DNA from: a virus
DNA: 64,000 nt
Virus record (IMG/VR): IMGVR_UViG_3300034063_001922
Coordinates: 1 to 64,000 of that record
Reading direction: 5' to 3' (one strand)
The notes beneath the pieces were generated by a model. That model ran no database searches. It was not told the origin of the DNA and worked only from the letters and a program-made list of their open reading frames with translations. The translations under genes were made by a program, and so were the position numbers. The stretch's first letter is position 1. Every line of letters starts with the position of its first letter. This document shows, one piece after another, positions 1 through 8,061 of this stretch.

Positions 1-1
1 C

Positions 2-454
2 GGCTGGCAATTCGTCGTCGCGCAGTTCTCTCGGCACCACATAGGGCTGCTTGCCTTCAGGGGTGTGCACCTCATCGCCGGTGATGGCGATGGCGCTGGG
101 GGCCACCGGCTGCCGGCCGCCATTGAGCAGCGGATGACAGGCCCTACCTCCATGCCAGAGCTGCAGCACGATGCGACCACCGGCGCGGTGCACCGCCTCG
201 GTGGTAAGCCGCCAGCCGTCGATCTGGGCCTGGCTGTAGATGCCGGGCTCATGCCAAAAAGCGGAATGGCCTTCCATCACCATCGTGGCCTCGCTCACGA
301 TCAGACCGGCACTGGCCCGTTGGGCGTAGTGCTCGGCGATCAGGGCACCAGGCACATGGCCGTCCTCAGCGCGGCAGCGGGTGAGCGGTGCCATCCAGAT
401 GCGGTTGGGGAGCTCCAGGGAGCCCACGCGCAGGGGCGAGAAGAGATCAGCCAT
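2..454 (-). CDS. Alkene reductase / Old Yellow Enzyme NADH:flavin oxidoreductase, 5' part (runs off the window)
   Basis: Own translation from ATG at 454: MADLFSPLRVGSLELPNRIWMAPLTRCRA...HYAQRASAGLIVSEAT...EPGIYS...GGRIVLQLWHGGR, the typical OYE/NemA N-terminus. Confidence 0.9.
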   Translation of the reverse strand, partial: MADLFSPLRVGSLELPNRIWMAPLTRCRAEDGHVPGALIAEHYAQRASAGLIVSEATMVMEGHSAFWHEPGIYSQAQIDGWRLTTEAVHRAGGRIVLQLWHGGRACHPLLNGGRQPVAPSAIAITGDEVHTPEGKQPYVVPRELRDDELPA

Positions 455-545
455 GGGCAGATTCTGCAATGCATCCGCATGGCATCCCACATGATCAGAG
501 GGGGCAGGACCTGGTCGATGCAATGGCACCGTCTCTCAGCATCCC

Positions 546-1730
546 TCAGCCCAGAGATTCCAATCCCTCCTCAACAGCAGGCACCGAGCGCCTGGCCGGC
601 AGATGGATCCACTCCCCCGCCGGCAGCGGCGTTGAGGGCATGAACGCCGGCACCAGCAGCTGCATCCCGGCCGGGAGGGGGGTGGTGGAGCGGTAGATCG
701 GCAGCAGCAGCGTGGTGCCGGCCGCCAGCGGCTCAGTGCTGGGCCAGCTGCTGAGCTCCGGGTTGAACTGGCGCAGCAGGGAGCGGCTGAGGTTCTGCTC
801 GGACGCCACGCTGCTCAAGGTCTCGCCCTCGCCGGTGACATAGGGCTCGCTCTGCTGCAGCACCGGGTTGAGGCTGCACAGCTTGCTTTCTGTGGTGCCG
901 TGCCGACCAGCCAGCACCGCCAAGGAATCACCCTCGGTGGTGGTGATCGTCTGGGTGCTCTCCAGCTGCGGGTTGATCCGCCGCAGCGTGGCCACGGTGG
1001 TGCCGTAGCGCTCGGCGATCAGGTTCAAGGTGTCGCCGTCCCGCAGCACCAGCACGCTGTGGGGTCTGAGCACCAGCTGGATCGCCTCCCCCAGCAGCGG
1101 CTGCAGCAGCAGGCCGATGCCACCCGGTCCGTAGTCCGCCCCGAAGTGCATCACCTGACAGCCGGCGAACTGGGCCCGTCCGCCCGATGGCAGGCCGCCC
1201 TGGGGCTGGAGCAGAGCCAGGTCCCCCAGCCACATCACCCCCTGACAGGGGGCCTGCACCGTTCCCAGCAGCGTTGGATCCCAGGGAAGTGGCGCCTCGT
1301 CGCGGAAGCCTGGGGTGGCCCAGTCCTGCTCGGCCGCCAGCCAGTCGAAGGTGTTGCTGGTGCTCACCGGCAGGATCGCCGCCCGGCAGAGGTAGCCCCG
1401 CAGCAGCACATCGCCCGGGTCGGTGAGGGCGGTGTCGTTGTAGCCGCTGACGATGCCGCTCTGCTCCAGGAAGCAGTCAATCACATGCCGGCGGATCGGA
1501 ATGGGGTTGCGGCTCTCGGGACGGTCCACCTCGAACAGGCAGAGGCGGGCGTTGGCGTAGGGCTGCAGCGCCAGCCACAGGGGCTGAGCCCCAGGGGGCG
1601 CAGCAACGGGCTGGGCCACCCGGCTGTCGATCGCCGGGGCGGCTGCAGGCAGGGACACCAGCTGCCCCCACAGCGGAGCAGCGCGCAGGGGGTTGAGGCC
1701 CTGATTTAACGGCGAGAGGGGCTGCTCCAT
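546..1730 (-). CDS. Putative virion (head-closure-like) protein with three nested LysM domains
   Basis: GDTLNLIAERYGTT, GDSLAVLAGRHGTT, GETLSSVASEQNLS followed by three PLxAGxxxxxP strands; homologue at 40214-41269. Confidence 0.8.
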   Translation of the reverse strand: MEQPLSPLNQGLNPLRAAPLWGQLVSLPAAAPAIDSRVAQPVAAPPGAQPLWLALQPYANARLCLFEVDRPESRNPIPIRRHVIDCFLEQSGIVSGYNDTALTDPGDVLLRGYLCRAAILPVSTSNTFDWLAAEQDWATPGFRDEAPLPWDPTLLGTVQAPCQGVMWLGDLALLQPQGGLPSGGRAQFAGCQVMHFGADYGPGGIGLLLQPLLGEAIQLVLRPHSVLVLRDGDTLNLIAERYGTTVATLRRINPQLESTQTITTTEGDSLAVLAGRHGTTESKLCSLNPVLQQSEPYVTGEGETLSSVASEQNLSRSLLRQFNPELSSWPSTEPLAAGTTLLLPIYRSTTPLPAGMQLLVPAFMPSTPLPAGEWIHLPARRSVPAVEEGLESLG

Positions 1731-1733
1731 TCC

Positions 1734-2231
1734 TCAGCCCCGTTGCAGAACACCCCGGAAGGGGTCGGAGTTGCACTGGCGCCAGTTCTGCAACCGCGGC
1801 AGCAGCAGCGCTAGCTGGCCGATGTGCTGGCTGCGCTGCCGGCCCAGCACCACCACTGGCGACGGGGCATTGGGGTCCCATTGGCTTTCGGTTTCCTCCA
1901 GCAGCAACTCGGTGGCGTACTCCACCACCGCCAACTTGCTCAGCGGCAGCGGGTTGGGCACGACGCCACCGGCGACGCCTTTGCGCCTGCTGCGCACCGG
2001 ACCGCTTACCTCAGCCGGGGTCAGTGCCGCCAGCTGCTGGTCCAGGTCAGCAATGGCGTCGAGATGCCGCTGGGCCGTACAGACACCTGTGGGGTAGTGG
2101 GTCTGCAGCTGCGCCATCTCCCGGTTCAACGCCGCCAGAGCAGCACTGATGACGGGGATGCAGAGGGCGATGCGCAGGGCCTCGGCGTCACCAGGGCGCC
2201 AGGTGCAGATGGGTGGGGAGGTTTGGGTCAT
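1734..2231 (-). CDS. Phage protein downstream of portal, putative head-tail adaptor
   Basis: Homologous to 39692-40210 (WRxxDxExxRxALxIP; VxExxTELLxEET); position after portal; start taken at ATG 2231. Confidence 0.55.
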   Translation of the reverse strand: MTQTSPPICTWRPGDAEALRIALCIPVISAALAALNREMAQLQTHYPTGVCTAQRHLDAIADLDQQLAALTPAEVSGPVRSRRKGVAGGVVPNPLPLSKLAVVEYATELLLEETESQWDPNAPSPVVVLGRQRSQHIGQLALLLPRLQNWRQCNSDPFRGVLQRG

Positions 2232-2247
2232 GCCCTCCCTTGCCAGC

Positions 2248-3825
2248 TCAGCCGCCACTGGCCCCATGGTGCTCGCCCAGCCCCAGCTGCTGGCGCAGCT
2301 CGGTCCCGTCGATCACTCCCCGCTCATGCAGCACGAGCCACTCCTGCACCGAGGGCTGGGGTTGGCGCGGCGGCTGGGGCGGCACCAGCGGGCAGATCTC
2401 CACGCTGCAGGCCGGTGTGTCCGCCAGCCTCTCGCCGGTGAGCCGGGTCCATTGCTGCAGCAGGGTGCTGAGCATCGAGCGCTTCTGGCCCGCCAGGCTC
2501 TGGAGCACTGCAAAGCTCTGGCCGGCGGTGAGTGAAATTTCCAGCTCGGTGCGGGCTGGCCCATGGCCACCGGCTGGAATCAGAGCATCGCGGCGCATCG
2601 CTTCTTCCAGTTGCTGCAGGTAGGCGCGGTGCTCCGCCAGTGAGCGGGCTTCTATTTCGACCCACTGGAACTTGGCGCCCTCGGGCAGGTCCATGAAGGA
2701 GGAAGTGGAGAGCACCAGCCGCTGGGGACGTTGAGCGTCACCACCGGCTGCTGGAGCAGAGCCGAGGGCGCCGTCGCTGCGGCGGAAGCCGTAGGCATCC
2801 ACCAGGCCAGTGCGCACCCCCACTGGGAGGGCGGTGCGGGAGAGGAGGTCTTCGTAGTCGCTGCGGCAGCGGTAGTGGTTCAGGTACTGGTGCGCCAGAC
2901 CCAGGTGCGGGAGGTCCCCCTCGCCAAAGGCGGTCCCATCCACCGAGTACCAGCGGGCCGGCAGGTCAAAGCGCTGGGGCATCAGCTCCGGCTCGCCTAT
3001 GGGCACCACGTCGTAGCCATCGACGGCACCGGGGTTGGGGTTGGCCTGCCAGCTGCGCAGCACCAGGCCGTCGTCCGTCACCGAGAGGCTGCGGTACAGC
3101 CAGGCCGCCGGATCCGGTACCAGCCCCCCGTGGGCATCGATCACCACCGTGGGCACCGCTGCATTGCCAGTGGCGAATCGGGGCGGCAGCGCCTGCCGCA
3201 GCGGTTCCCGCCAGACGATCTCCACTGGCCCCGAGGCCGGAGCCGCCGTGGCGGTATCGGTGGGCAGGCGCCAGTTGAGCAGGTCTCCACGGGGTACCAG
3301 CTGCAGGCGGGGCAGCGAGAGCCGGTCGCCCTTGGCGAGGGCCTCCAGCCGATCGCCTTCTGAGGGCCAGCGGTGCTGGGGCGGCAGCTGCAGGATCAGG
3401 CAGCCGCCATCCCGCAGGGTGAGCAGGTCGGCCAGGAACAGGAACACCCCCAGGTCGGTGCCCTGGCCATCTACATCGGTCGCCACTCGGGTCAGGGAGT
3501 CGGGCAGCTCCTGCCAGGCCAGCCGCGACAGCATCCCCGCGTAGGTGCGCAGCGCATCGCGGTAGAAGCCTGTTGGCCGGGCCGCTTCCAACCGCTTGCT
3601 GTAGCAGGTCTCGGGCTCCTCGATGCCGCGGGGGAGATAGACAGGCCGGCGGCTGGTGCCGTCAGGGAGCTCCAGCAGGGTCCAGCAGTCGTAGACCAGC
3701 TGTAGACGGTCCCTCAGGCCCGAGAGGGTGGGGTGTTCCAGCCAGGGGGGCTCAGCCGGTGCTTGGGGCTGCAGCGCTGGTGGGGAGATGGGGTTGGTTG
3801 TCCTGCGGCGGCGGGTGGTGGGCAC
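2248..3825 (-). CDS. Phage portal protein (DUF4055-like)
   Basis: YLPRGIEEPETCYSKRL, DVDGQGTDL, LAHQYLNHYRCRSDY motifs; ~525 aa; homologue at 38133-39695. Confidence 0.8.
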   Translation of the reverse strand: MPTTRRRRTTNPISPPALQPQAPAEPPWLEHPTLSGLRDRLQLVYDCWTLLELPDGTSRRPVYLPRGIEEPETCYSKRLEAARPTGFYRDALRTYAGMLSRLAWQELPDSLTRVATDVDGQGTDLGVFLFLADLLTLRDGGCLILQLPPQHRWPSEGDRLEALAKGDRLSLPRLQLVPRGDLLNWRLPTDTATAAPASGPVEIVWREPLRQALPPRFATGNAAVPTVVIDAHGGLVPDPAAWLYRSLSVTDDGLVLRSWQANPNPGAVDGYDVVPIGEPELMPQRFDLPARWYSVDGTAFGEGDLPHLGLAHQYLNHYRCRSDYEDLLSRTALPVGVRTGLVDAYGFRRSDGALGSAPAAGGDAQRPQRLVLSTSSFMDLPEGAKFQWVEIEARSLAEHRAYLQQLEEAMRRDALIPAGGHGPARTELEISLTAGQSFAVLQSLAGQKRSMLSTLLQQWTRLTGERLADTPACSVEICPLVPPQPPRQPQPSVQEWLVLHERGVIDGTELRQQLGLGEHHGASGG

Positions 3826-3846
3826 TGGCTGCTGGTGGGGTCAGAG

Positions 3847-3855
3847 CCATTGCCA
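3847..3855 (-). promoter_or_regulatory. TGGCAATRG candidate late-promoter motif upstream of portal A
   Basis: TGGCAATGG on minus strand, 21 nt before the GTG start; same motif precedes four other late genes. Confidence 0.55.
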
Positions 3856-4203
3856 GAGGCCGTGATTGGCTGCGAGCAGGGCTATGCAGCATCCGCATGG
3901 TTTCGGTCAGATCATCCGGGCAAGCAGATCGGCCAGACCAAGAGGCATACGTGTCTATGCGGGTCCGCATATAAACCAGGCATGTTGGGCCATCTGTCTG
4001 TGATTGACTGGCACGCAGTGGGTCTAAGATTCGGCTCGAAGTGACTTCGGGTACTTATGCGGACCACGAAGGGCCGGACCATCTCTTAGCGAGGGTCCGC
4101 CCGTATAGCGTTAGACAGTCCAGAGCTGGTGTAGCAAGCCCAGCACGCTACACTTTTCTTGCGCTATTGTCACACAACAAAGATGTGTCACTGAGTTCCC
4201 ACC

Positions 4204-5205
4204 ATGGCGCCAAGGTTTGTTCTCTCTGAGCACGAAGAGCCTTGGACTGAAGATCAAGTAGGCAAGGCTATTGCTTTTAACTTCCAGCAGGCAAGACGTG
4301 AGATAGAAGCAACTAGAGGAGGTCGCATGTGGTCTGCACTTACAGAGGTCAAGGACAGCCACTGGATCCTAGATCAGGCGATTGACGACTTACTTGAGGG
4401 GATTAATCGATTTGCGCATCGAAGCCAATATCAAGAGTTCTGGCTTCGCATCAATGAAGATAATCGCGGCGAGCACACCAAGAATATGAAGCGGTTTCTG
4501 TTTAATGCATCATCAGCATTGGCTGCACTTGTTGATCATACCCGTAACTTTCTCAAAAGTTATCCCGTGCCTGGCGAAGAGGAGGCGAGACGCATGGCAT
4601 TCATGGAGGACAACTTGCATCGCTTCCTTTTCGATCTGCGAAACTATTCACTTCACTGGAGACCTGCACAAGCAAACTGGAATATTTCTATGGCCGCTGG
4701 TCAAACTGGTGTATCTCGTACCGTTGTATTCTTGCTATCTAAGGCTGAATTGTTGGGATGGAGCGGCTGGAAGTCTGAAGCCAGAGAGTTTTTGAATTCT
4801 CAGCCCGAGAAGATTGATGTTCGCGAGCTTTTCATCGAATACCAATCTCGTGTACGCAAATACCAGTCGTGGCTACAGACAGCAGCAACAATGACGCATT
4901 ACACTGACCTAAGGCAGTATCTTGAATACAAGAAGTGGCATGAGCGTTTCCATGATCGATGGCAATGGGATGCAGTCGCAGCTTATCGAGGAATGAAGAG
5001 GGATCCCTATGAGCTCCTGCGAGACTATCTGTCGCCCCAAGAAATTGAGCATATCTGTTCTTTTGAATTAAAATCAGACGAACAAGTTAATAGGCTCATT
5101 GATCTTGTAGATATTCATCAAGCCGTGGATTTTCCTTTGCGCGCCAAGTTTCAAGAGTTCTTAAGGGAAGCTCCACACTCCTGCCATGGCGAAGAAGCTG
5201 TCTAA
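4204..5205 (+). CDS. Cassette 1 protein with HEPN-like RxxxxH motif, candidate RNase/defence effector
   Basis: LFDLRNYSLH motif after a helical FLFNASSALAALVD segment; stop codon lies inside R'' of attC1. Confidence 0.6.
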   Translation: MAPRFVLSEHEEPWTEDQVGKAIAFNFQQARREIEATRGGRMWSALTEVKDSHWILDQAIDDLLEGINRFAHRSQYQEFWLRINEDNRGEHTKNMKRFLFNASSALAALVDHTRNFLKSYPVPGEEEARRMAFMEDNLHRFLFDLRNYSLHWRPAQANWNISMAAGQTGVSRTVVFLLSKAELLGWSGWKSEAREFLNSQPEKIDVRELFIEYQSRVRKYQSWLQTAATMTHYTDLRQYLEYKKWHERFHDRWQWDAVAAYRGMKRDPYELLRDYLSPQEIEHICSFELKSDEQVNRLIDLVDIHQAVDFPLRAKFQEFLREAPHSCHGEEAV

Positions 5206-5290
5206 CATCAAGATTCACCTGTCACGCCACCTGGCGAGTCCTTCAGGATCACCTCAAGTTCTTGCGTGCAGGTGATCTTGAGCGTTGGAT
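5200..5290 (+). other. attC site 1
   Basis: GTCTAAC-atcaa-GAT(T)CACCTG(T)CACGC...GCGTGCAGGTGATC-ttgagc-GTTGGAT; 5/6-nt spacers and extrahelical bases. Confidence 0.93.
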
Positions 5291-5473
5291 CGACAAAGGG
5301 GACATGGCTTGACGAACACCTAGTGGCGACATACCTTTTATTCAGCCCAGACAACAGTCGGAGAGACAAAGACTCCTGCAGCCCTGGTCAAATCTTGTTG
5401 AATTCTGGCTTTCTTGTCAATGGTCGCCCCAAACGTTCATTCAAAGCGTTCACATTAAATCTGATCCAAGTAA

Positions 5474-6022
5474 ATGCCACACAACGACCCAGCAATGCGA
5501 AAAGCCAATATCAACTATGGATCCGCAAAAGCGAGAGCAGCCAAAAAGGGGGCATTAGTTAACTTGACAAACGAAGAAGATAAGAGGATGCGAGCTCTCT
5601 ATCTAAATGCTGCACAACTTACTCTTGCCGGGAATCCACATGAGGTCGATCATATAGTGCCACTGGCTCTTGGCGGCAAACATCATCCCAGAAACCTACA
5701 AATACTGCCAAAAGCTGAGAATGCAGAGAAAAGAGCAGCAAAAGGCAAAACCATTAGCAAGGCACCGGCGAAGCGATTCAAGGTTGGAGATATTGTACTG
5801 GCGCAGCAAGTCAATGGAAAGTGGGAGACACGTGAAATCAATGAGGCTGAATGGGTCTTCGATGAGCAGCAATGGCTTTACTACACAGATGTTCCCACAG
5901 ACGAAGCTGGTCTGCCACTATGGGCCAAGGAAGATAGATTCTGGGAGTCTGACCTAAAAAGGTTGCCGCCAGCTCGTCGAGGCTTCGCATTGAGCAAAGA
6001 TAGAGATGTCCCACATTGTTAG
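5474..6022 (+). CDS. Cassette 2 HNH endonuclease with C-terminal SH3/Tudor-like domain
   Basis: HEVDHIVPLALGGKHHPRNLQIL..EN..K; C-terminal RFKVGDIVLA...W. Confidence 0.8.
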   Translation: MPHNDPAMRKANINYGSAKARAAKKGALVNLTNEEDKRMRALYLNAAQLTLAGNPHEVDHIVPLALGGKHHPRNLQILPKAENAEKRAAKGKTISKAPAKRFKVGDIVLAQQVNGKWETREINEAEWVFDEQQWLYYTDVPTDEAGLPLWAKEDRFWESDLKRLPPARRGFALSKDRDVPHC

Positions 6023-6071
6023 TTGATGCTGATGAAACTTTCTGCGCCCGAAACTTGCGTACATGATAGCA

Positions 6072-6156
6072 ATCCAACAACCAAATACAAAAGACGGGAG
6101 CAGGGGATAAGATCAGATCAAAAGCTCTCGCCCGCTTCTGATCTGGAGCGTTATGC
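6072..6156 (+). other. attC site 2
   Basis: ATCCAAC-aacca-AATACAAAAGACGGG...CCCGCTTCTGATC-tggagc-GTTATGC; imperfect inverted repeat. Confidence 0.85.
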
Positions 6157-6200
6157 GGCAGGAACCGAGGTTGCAGCGCGTTGATGGCAGAAGATTAGCT

Positions 6201-7970
6201 ATGAACAAAGATTGGATTCTCCAAACGAAGGAAACTCGCCGAGCATTCTCCAACGCGACTTGGGTTCCGTTGAGGGCATCAATTAATGACGAGAAGGGAA
6301 ATGTTAAAAATATTGGCTACATCAGTGAATATTTTGGCTGCGGCTCTGCTGCGTTTCCACCAGAGCATCGGAAATTGGTTGAGGAACGCCTAGGCTGGAG
6401 TGATATTGGAATAGGGCATACCGTAGCGCCTTATGCCTATGAAAATGGTTATTACGCATCCATTGATCAATTTCAGTACAACGACAAGGAACCGATAGGC
6501 GTCAACCTCGTCTTCGAACATCCTCAGCCCGTCGTTGGTGGAAAACAATGGATATTGAATCCTGATCTGGTAGTTGCCCTCCGCCTGATAAAGGAAGGAA
6601 CGAACTGGGTTAGGCCTGAAGAGAATTTCGTTGTAGTAGCCCGCGAGAGTTTTAATGAAAGAGGAGAACATAAGCTGATCGAGATCAAGCGAGAATTTCT
6701 CCTTGACTATTTGGCTGCAAGAAATCTTTCGCTTCGCCTCTCTTGTTACCGCCAAAGAGTGGAAAACGTGCCATTGCTTGAAGGCAGTGACTACGCAGAG
6801 CTAACAGAACTTCAAGAGGGGCGAGACGGCGGCCGATTTGAGCTACGAATCCGCGCCATTAATGACGTTTTCGGAGGGAGTTGGGCGATGTTCCGTGCTT
6901 GGCGAACGGACGTCGATGAAGACGAAGACGCACCTGTGATGGGGCCAGAAAATGACCACAACACCGGCCATGAAAGCTCGCAAGGTCAACGTGGCGGTTA
7001 TGAAGGCGTCCGGATTGAGGGAGAGTTCTGGCGAGATGAATGGATTGAACATCAATCGCAAAGCACGCGAGTTCGTGGAGATGCAGACACGAATCTCCCG
7101 CAGTTTATTGTCGAGACTGACGGCAAACGCATGGCATCTTCCGAATTGGATAACGAGGATGTTGGTCGATGGCTATGGTTTCGTTCAAGTGTAGTGACCG
7201 ACCTTCTAGACCACCGCGGCTTCGCTCTGAAGTGGTACACGGCGGAGACTGGTGCTATTTGCTCAACATCCGGCTACGCCGCGCACTTCGGTATCAATTC
7301 TGCTGACTTGCTAACAGTCTACGCCTACGACATCGCTCGTCTCCCAGCCTGGGAACAACATATCTGGGCAGCCCATAACGTTGCTCCCGACGGGAAGGTC
7401 TCAGGAGAATTGTTATCGGCGCAAGTCAAGGCCCAACCGGCGTCTACACATGCGGTTGAGGAGATGCTGTTTGGGAGCATGCGAATGCTCGAACAAGGCT
7501 TCCGCGACAAGTTCGGGGTTGAATTGTTCAGCCACGATATCAATGACGAATCGGCTATGCAGCAGGTATCTCGTTTCCATAGCAAGGACCAGGCGTCATT
7601 GCTAAGGCTGGCGAAAGAGCTTGTCCGCGTATTCTCAGACCGACTCAACATTCGCGACCTTCGCAAACTTTCAACCCACGCGGAGAAAGAAAAACTTGGT
7701 TCAAACAAGCTTCTGCAAGATATATTGTCCCAAACAGTTGGGGCCGATAAGGCCCGTCAAGTCTTTGCCGAAATTGCCGGCGCCTATGATATGCGTGTCG
7801 GCGATGCACATCCGACCGGATCAAAAGCTAAAGATGCCATAAAGCTTGCAGGCATTGACCAAAGCTGCTCGTATCTAAGACAAGGTGATCAGCTTATCCA
7901 CAACTTCGGGCGAGCGGTTTGGCTTACAGGTCAATATCTCTTCGGGCAACCTGAACCGCATGAAAGCTAG
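6201..7970 (+). CDS. Cassette 3 large protein (589 aa) with C-terminal HEPN-like RxxxxH motif
   Basis: YDMRVGDAHP near the C-terminus; ATG 6201 preferred over 6153, which overlaps the attC2 R' site. Confidence 0.65.
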   Translation: MNKDWILQTKETRRAFSNATWVPLRASINDEKGNVKNIGYISEYFGCGSAAFPPEHRKLVEERLGWSDIGIGHTVAPYAYENGYYASIDQFQYNDKEPIGVNLVFEHPQPVVGGKQWILNPDLVVALRLIKEGTNWVRPEENFVVVARESFNERGEHKLIEIKREFLLDYLAARNLSLRLSCYRQRVENVPLLEGSDYAELTELQEGRDGGRFELRIRAINDVFGGSWAMFRAWRTDVDEDEDAPVMGPENDHNTGHESSQGQRGGYEGVRIEGEFWRDEWIEHQSQSTRVRGDADTNLPQFIVETDGKRMASSELDNEDVGRWLWFRSSVVTDLLDHRGFALKWYTAETGAICSTSGYAAHFGINSADLLTVYAYDIARLPAWEQHIWAAHNVAPDGKVSGELLSAQVKAQPASTHAVEEMLFGSMRMLEQGFRDKFGVELFSHDINDESAMQQVSRFHSKDQASLLRLAKELVRVFSDRLNIRDLRKLSTHAEKEKLGSNKLLQDILSQTVGADKARQVFAEIAGAYDMRVGDAHPTGSKAKDAIKLAGIDQSCSYLRQGDQLIHNFGRAVWLTGQYLFGQPEPHES

Positions 7971-7980
7971 GCCACATGCC

Positions 7981-8061
7981 GCATAACAATTCGCTCAACA
8001 CGGACGTGCAAAAGCGGCGCTTCTCGTCACTTTTGCACGCCGGTTAGCTCAAGCGTTCAAT
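7981..8061 (+). other. attC site 3
   Basis: GCATAAC-aattc-GCT(C)AAC(A)CGG(A)CGTGCAAAAG...CTTTTGCACGCCGGTTAGC-tcaagc-GTT; three extrahelical bases (G,T,T on the bottom strand). Confidence 0.95.

Larger units (their letters stand above)
4110..8061 (+). mobile_element. Integron gene-cassette array without integrase (CALIN), three cassettes
   Basis: Three attC sites; each cassette's leading GTTRRRY is the reverse complement of its own trailing R'' site; low-GC co-oriented ORFs. Confidence 0.92.

Noticed and set aside
4960-4968. TGGCAATGG inside cassette 1 as a late promoter
   Set aside because: Intragenic, in foreign low-GC DNA, no adjacent start; treated as a chance match
5266-5562. Extra ORF at the start of cassette 2
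   Set aside because: Starts inside attC1, crosses the cassette boundary and has no recognisable motif
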